Shown here piece by piece: positions 43,552-47,622 of a stretch of DNA of 47,622 nucleotides. Position 1 is the stretch's first letter, and the number at the start of each line of letters is the position of its first letter. Under the pieces are notes generated by a model. It was not told the origin of the DNA, did not search any database, and was given only the letters and a program-made list of their open reading frames with translations. The stretch spans positions 1-47,622 of the forward strand of contig JAGCYN010000021.1 in the NCBI GenBank assembly GCA_017960745.1. The letters run 5' to 3'. Source of the stretch: Alphaproteobacteria bacterium (GTDB lineage Bacteria; Pseudomonadota; Alphaproteobacteria; RF32; CAG-239). A program made the translations under genes and the position numbers.

Positions 43552-46233
43552 ATGAGTAAATGGGTTTATACATTTGGAAACGGCAAAGCCGAAGGCGATG
43601 CCAACATGCGTAATCTCCTCGGCGGTAAAGGTGCTAACTTGGCGGAAATGAATAAAGTTGGCTTGCCTGTTCCTCCGGGATTTACGGTAACGACAGAAGT
43701 TTGCACATACTACTATGCCAACAACAACACTTATCCGTCTGACTTAAAAGATCAGGTTAAGGCTGCTGTTGCCGGTGTTGAAGCCATTATGGGCAAAAAA
43801 TTCGGCGATTCTTCAAATCCGTTATTGTTCTCTGTACGTTCCGGCGCCAGAATTTCCATGCCGGGCATGATGGACACGGTTTTGAACTTAGGTTTGAATG
43901 ATGAAAGTGTTAAGGGTTTGGCTCAATCTTCCGGCAACGAAAGATTTGCTTATGACTCTTATCGTCGTTTTATCCAAATGTTTTCCGACGTTGTTTTGGG
44001 TGCTGATTTGGACGAATACGAAGGCGCTTTGGAAAATTTGAAAAAATCTAAAGGTTACAAGTCTGATACAGACATGACAACCGAAGATTTGAAAGAATTG
44101 GTTTCTCAATATAAAGAAATCGGTAAAAGATTAGGTAAAGTTGTTCCGCAAGATCCGTGGGAACAATTATGGCTCGGTATTGGCGCCGTGTTCGGTTCTT
44201 GGAACGTTGCCCGTGCCATTACCTATCGTAAGTTAAACAATATTCCGGGTGACTGGGGTACTGCTTGTAACGTACAAACCATGGTATTCGGTAATGCCGG
44301 TGATGATTCGGCTACCGGTGTTTGCTTCTCTCGCGATCCGGCGACAGGTGAAAACAACTACTATGGTGAATATTTGATTAACGCTCAAGGCGAAGACGTT
44401 GTGGCCGGTATTCGTACACCGCAACCGATGAGCTCTAAGGGCGAAGGCAATTCTTTGGAAGAAATTTGGCCGGATTTGTATAAGCAACTGGTTGATGTTC
44501 GTAATGCTTTGGAAGCACACTACAAAGATATGCAGGATATGGAATTCACCATTGAACACAAAAAATTGTGGATGTTGCAATGCCGTAACGGTAAGAGAAC
44601 AGCTGCTGCTGCCGTTCGTATGGCCGTTGAAATGTTTGACGAAGGTCTGATTACCAAAGAAGAAGCTATTATGCGCGTTGGTGCTGACCAGTTAGACCAA
44701 TTGTTACACCCGATGTTGGACCCGAAAGCCAGCAAGAAAGTTATCGCTACCGGTTTACCGGCATCCCCGGGTGCTGCCGTCGGTCGTGCTGTTTTCTGTG
44801 CTGAAGATGCTGAAGCTTGGGCTGCCAAAGGTGAAAGAGTTATCTTGATTCGTAACGAAACCTCGCCTGAAGATATCGGCGGTATGCATGCTTCTCAAGG
44901 TGTTATTACCGCACGCGGTGGTATGACCTCTCACGCAGCCGTTGTGGCTCGCGGTATGGGTACACCGTGCGTTTCCGGTTCTACCGATATTACCATTGAT
45001 TATAAATCTAAGACCATGACCACCAAGTCCGGCTCTTGCATTAAAGAAGGCGATTGGGTTTCTTTGGATGGTGCTAAAGGTCAAATCATTGAAGGTGAAA
45101 TCCCGACTGTTAAACCGGATACCAATTCCGGCAACTTCGGTCGCTTCATGGGTTGGGTTGATGAAATCCGCACCATGCATGTTCGTGCCAATGCTGAAAC
45201 ACCGGCTGATGCTAAACAAGCTGTAGAATTCGGTGCTGAAGGTATCGGTTTGGCTCGTACGGAACACATGTTTTTCGATGCTAAGCGTATTTCTGATATG
45301 CGTACCATGATTTTGTCTGACAATGAAGAAGGTCGTCGTGCTGCTTTGGCTCGTTTGTTGCCTTACCAAAAAGAAGACTTCAAGTCTTTATATCGCACCA
45401 TGAACGGCTTCCCGGTTGTTATTCGTTTGTTGGACCCGCCGCTCCATGAATTCTTGCCGCACACTGATGCAGAAATGCAGGAATTGGCTGATAAGATGGG
45501 TAAAACTTTGGCAGAAGTTAAGAATCGTTCTAACTCTTTGCACGAAATGAACCCGATGTTGGGTCACCGCGGTTGCCGCTTGGCTGTTACATATCCGGAA
45601 ATTTGCGAAATGCAAACCCGTGCTATTTTGGAAGCTGCTATGGAATGCCGTGAAGAAGGTGTTAAAGTTACACCGGAAATCGAAGTTCCGTTGGTCGGTT
45701 CCAAGAAAGAATTGGATATCGTTAAGAGCATCATTGATTCGACAGCTCAACAGATTTTTGCTGAAAAAGGCAAATCTATTGAATATGAAGTCGGTACCAT
45801 GATTGAATTGCCGAGAGCCGCTTTGATGGCTGAAGAAATTGCGGCTTCTGCTGCCTTCTTCGGATTCGGTACCAACGACTTAACTCAAACAACTTTGGGT
45901 ATGAGCCGTGATGATACCGGCGCAATTTTGGATTGTTACCGTTCTAAAGGTATTTATGTTGCAGATCCGTTTGCTTCTATTGATACCGAAGGCGTTGGCA
46001 AATTGGTTAAACGCGCTTGTGAATACGGCCGTCAGACCAATCCGGAATTGGTGTTGGGTGTTTGCGGTGAACACGGTGGTGATCCGAAGTCTATTGAGTT
46101 CTTCCAACAATGCGGTTTGGATTACGTTTCTTGTTCTCCGTTCCGTGTACCGGTTGCTCGTTTGGCTGCGGCTCAAGCTGCTGTTAAATACGGCAAAACT
46201 CAGAAAGAACATTCTGAAAAGAAGGCTGCTTAA
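43552..46233 (+). CDS. ppdK: Pyruvate, phosphate dikinase
   Basis: 893 aa. LLGGKGANLAEM, the catalytic His region GGMTSHAAVVARGMG, and the PEP-utilizing TIM barrel FFGFGTNDLTQ. SD AGGAG. Confidence 0.95.
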   Translation: MSKWVYTFGNGKAEGDANMRNLLGGKGANLAEMNKVGLPVPPGFTVTTEVCTYYYANNNTYPSDLKDQVKAAVAGVEAIMGKKFGDSSNPLLFSVRSGARISMPGMMDTVLNLGLNDESVKGLAQSSGNERFAYDSYRRFIQMFSDVVLGADLDEYEGALENLKKSKGYKSDTDMTTEDLKELVSQYKEIGKRLGKVVPQDPWEQLWLGIGAVFGSWNVARAITYRKLNNIPGDWGTACNVQTMVFGNAGDDSATGVCFSRDPATGENNYYGEYLINAQGEDVVAGIRTPQPMSSKGEGNSLEEIWPDLYKQLVDVRNALEAHYKDMQDMEFTIEHKKLWMLQCRNGKRTAAAAVRMAVEMFDEGLITKEEAIMRVGADQLDQLLHPMLDPKASKKVIATGLPASPGAAVGRAVFCAEDAEAWAAKGERVILIRNETSPEDIGGMHASQGVITARGGMTSHAAVVARGMGTPCVSGSTDITIDYKSKTMTTKSGSCIKEGDWVSLDGAKGQIIEGEIPTVKPDTNSGNFGRFMGWVDEIRTMHVRANAETPADAKQAVEFGAEGIGLARTEHMFFDAKRISDMRTMILSDNEEGRRAALARLLPYQKEDFKSLYRTMNGFPVVIRLLDPPLHEFLPHTDAEMQELADKMGKTLAEVKNRSNSLHEMNPMLGHRGCRLAVTYPEICEMQTRAILEAAMECREEGVKVTPEIEVPLVGSKKELDIVKSIIDSTAQQIFAEKGKSIEYEVGTMIELPRAALMAEEIAASAAFFGFGTNDLTQTTLGMSRDDTGAILDCYRSKGIYVADPFASIDTEGVGKLVKRACEYGRQTNPELVLGVCGEHGGDPKSIEFFQQCGLDYVSCSPFRVPVARLAAAQAAVKYGKTQKEHSEKKAA

Positions 46234-46249
46234 TCAGTCTTTATAACAA

Positions 46250-46288
46250 CAAAAAAACCGCATCGTTATGATGCGGTTTTTTTTTTTT
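46250..46288. terminator. Bidirectional rho-independent terminator between ppdK and rho
   Basis: A8-CCGCATC-gttat-GATGCGG-T12. Confidence 0.85.
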
Positions 46289-46297
46289 CATTTAATA

Positions 46298-47551
46298 TCA
46301 GGAATTCATGTTTTGGAAAAAGTCATTATTATCTTTGGAATTTCGTAACTTATCCAATAAAAATTCCATACCGTCGGTCATACCCATTTGCATCAGAACA
46401 CGGCGCAATACCCACATTTTGGTTAAAGTTGCCTTATCGACCAAAAGTTCCTCTTTACGCGTGCCGGAACGGGTAATATCAATGGTTGGGAATAAACGTT
46501 TATCGGTTAATTTTCTATCTAAAATGATTTCCGAATTACCGGTACCTTTGAATTCTTCAAAAATAACTTCATCCATACGCGAACCGGTATCAATCAATGC
46601 TGTCGCAATAATCGTTAAAGAACCACCCTCCTCAACATTTCTGGCGGCACCTAAAAGCCGTTTAGGACGTTGCAGAGCGTTAGCATCCACACCACCGGTC
46701 AGCACCTTACCCGAAGAAGGAACAACGGCATTGTAGGCTCTTCCTAAACGGGTTATAGAATCAAGTAAAATAACCACGTCTTTTTTATTTTCAACCAAAC
46801 GCTTGGCTTTTTCAATACACATTTCCGCAACCTGAACATGGCGTGTAGCCGGCTCATCGAAGGTTGAAGAAATAACCTCACCTTTAACCGAACGTGTCAT
46901 ATCCGTCACTTCTTCCGGACGTTCATCAATCAATAAAACCATCAAATATACTTCCGGATGGTTAACGGCAATCGCATGCGCAATATTTTGCAACATAACC
47001 GTTTTACCGGTACGCGGCGGTGCCACAATCAATCCGCGCTGACCTTTACCTTGCGGTGAAATCAAATCAATCACGCGCGTGGTATAGTCTTTATCACCGC
47101 AAATTATATCAAAATTCAATTTTTCATTCGGATACAAAGGCGTCAGGTTATCAAAATTAACACGCAGCTTTGATTTTTCCGGATCGTCAAAATTAACCGT
47201 ATTTATTTTAGTTAAAGCAAAATAACGCTCATTTTCTTTAGGTGCTCTGATTTCACCTTCGACGGTATCACCGGTACGTAACGCATATTTTTTAACCTGT
47301 TGCGGCGAAACATATATATCGTCGGCACTGGCTAAATAATTTGACTTAGAAGAACGTAAAAAACCGAAACCGTCCTGTAAAACTTCAATAACGCCATCAC
47401 CGCAGATAACTTTGTCATCTTCGGCTAATTTTTTCATAATGGCAAAAACTAAATCTTGAACACGCATGGATGATGCGTCTTCAACTCCCAAATCTTCAGC
47501 TTGAGTCAATAACTCGGTTGGAGATTTCTCTTTCAACTCTCTTAAATGCAT
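46298..47551 (-). CDS. rho: Transcription termination factor Rho
   Basis: 417 aa. N-terminal [10 protein letters not shown], the RNA-binding domain GFGFLRS, Walker [16 protein letters not shown], and the [17 protein letters not shown] region. Confidence 0.95.
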   Translation of the reverse strand: MHLRELKEKSPTELLTQAEDLGVEDASSMRVQDLVFAIMKKLAEDDKVICGDGVIEVLQDGFGFLRSSKSNYLASADDIYVSPQQVKKYALRTGDTVEGEIRAPKENERYFALTKINTVNFDDPEKSKLRVNFDNLTPLYPNEKLNFDIICGDKDYTTRVIDLISPQGKGQRGLIVAPPRTGKTVMLQNIAHAIAVNHPEVYLMVLLIDERPEEVTDMTRSVKGEVISSTFDEPATRHVQVAEMCIEKAKRLVENKKDVVILLDSITRLGRAYNAVVPSSGKVLTGGVDANALQRPKRLLGAARNVEEGGSLTIIATALIDTGSRMDEVIFEEFKGTGNSEIILDRKLTDKRLFPTIDITRSGTRKEELLVDKATLTKMWVLRRVLMQMGMTDGMEFLLDKLRNSKDNNDFFQNMNS

Positions 47552-47622
47552 GATATCCTTTTATGATTATATATAAAGAAAACAAATTGAATCATTTGTT
47601 ACTACGCTTATATAAAAAGTGC

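Overview
This 47.6-kb window is a chromosomal fragment, most likely from a low-GC, host-associated Alphaproteobacterium. That assignment is an inference from the SecB / Tim44-like / MltA / Smr gene order together with CarD-CdnL, PPDK, Rho and TspO. Two housekeeping blocks (about 5.0-21.8 kb and 39.1-47.6 kb) flank a roughly 17-kb accessory region that starts at tRNA-Pro(TGG). The housekeeping blocks carry aas, an MscS-family channel, an Asd-like gene, eptA, alaS, tspO, RNase J, map, radC, smr, mltA, secB, trmL, carD, ppdK and rho. At tRNA-Pro the 3' 19 nt of the tRNA is repeated 169 bp downstream, next to a decayed recombinase gene fragment. The accessory region is enriched in secreted and host-interaction-type genes: a carboxylesterase, a choloylglycine-hydrolase-family Ntn hydrolase, a protein with a clear serum amyloid A (SAA)-like domain followed by a small Cys-rich protein, a MIF-like tautomerase, a Bor/Iss-family lipoprotein, a zincin autotransporter, a DUF3137 + HExxH gene pair and a secreted GH24 lysozyme. 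The left edge encodes a 1590-aa signal-peptide-bearing, extremely cysteine-rich protein with EGF-like signatures and in-frame tandem repeats. Other oddities are a single in-frame TAG interrupting the essential alaS gene, an Asd homolog in which every catalytic residue I can align is replaced, and a three-domain P-loop / pyrophosphatase / NUDIX fusion. All homology calls are by-eye motif recognition from memory and no searches were run.
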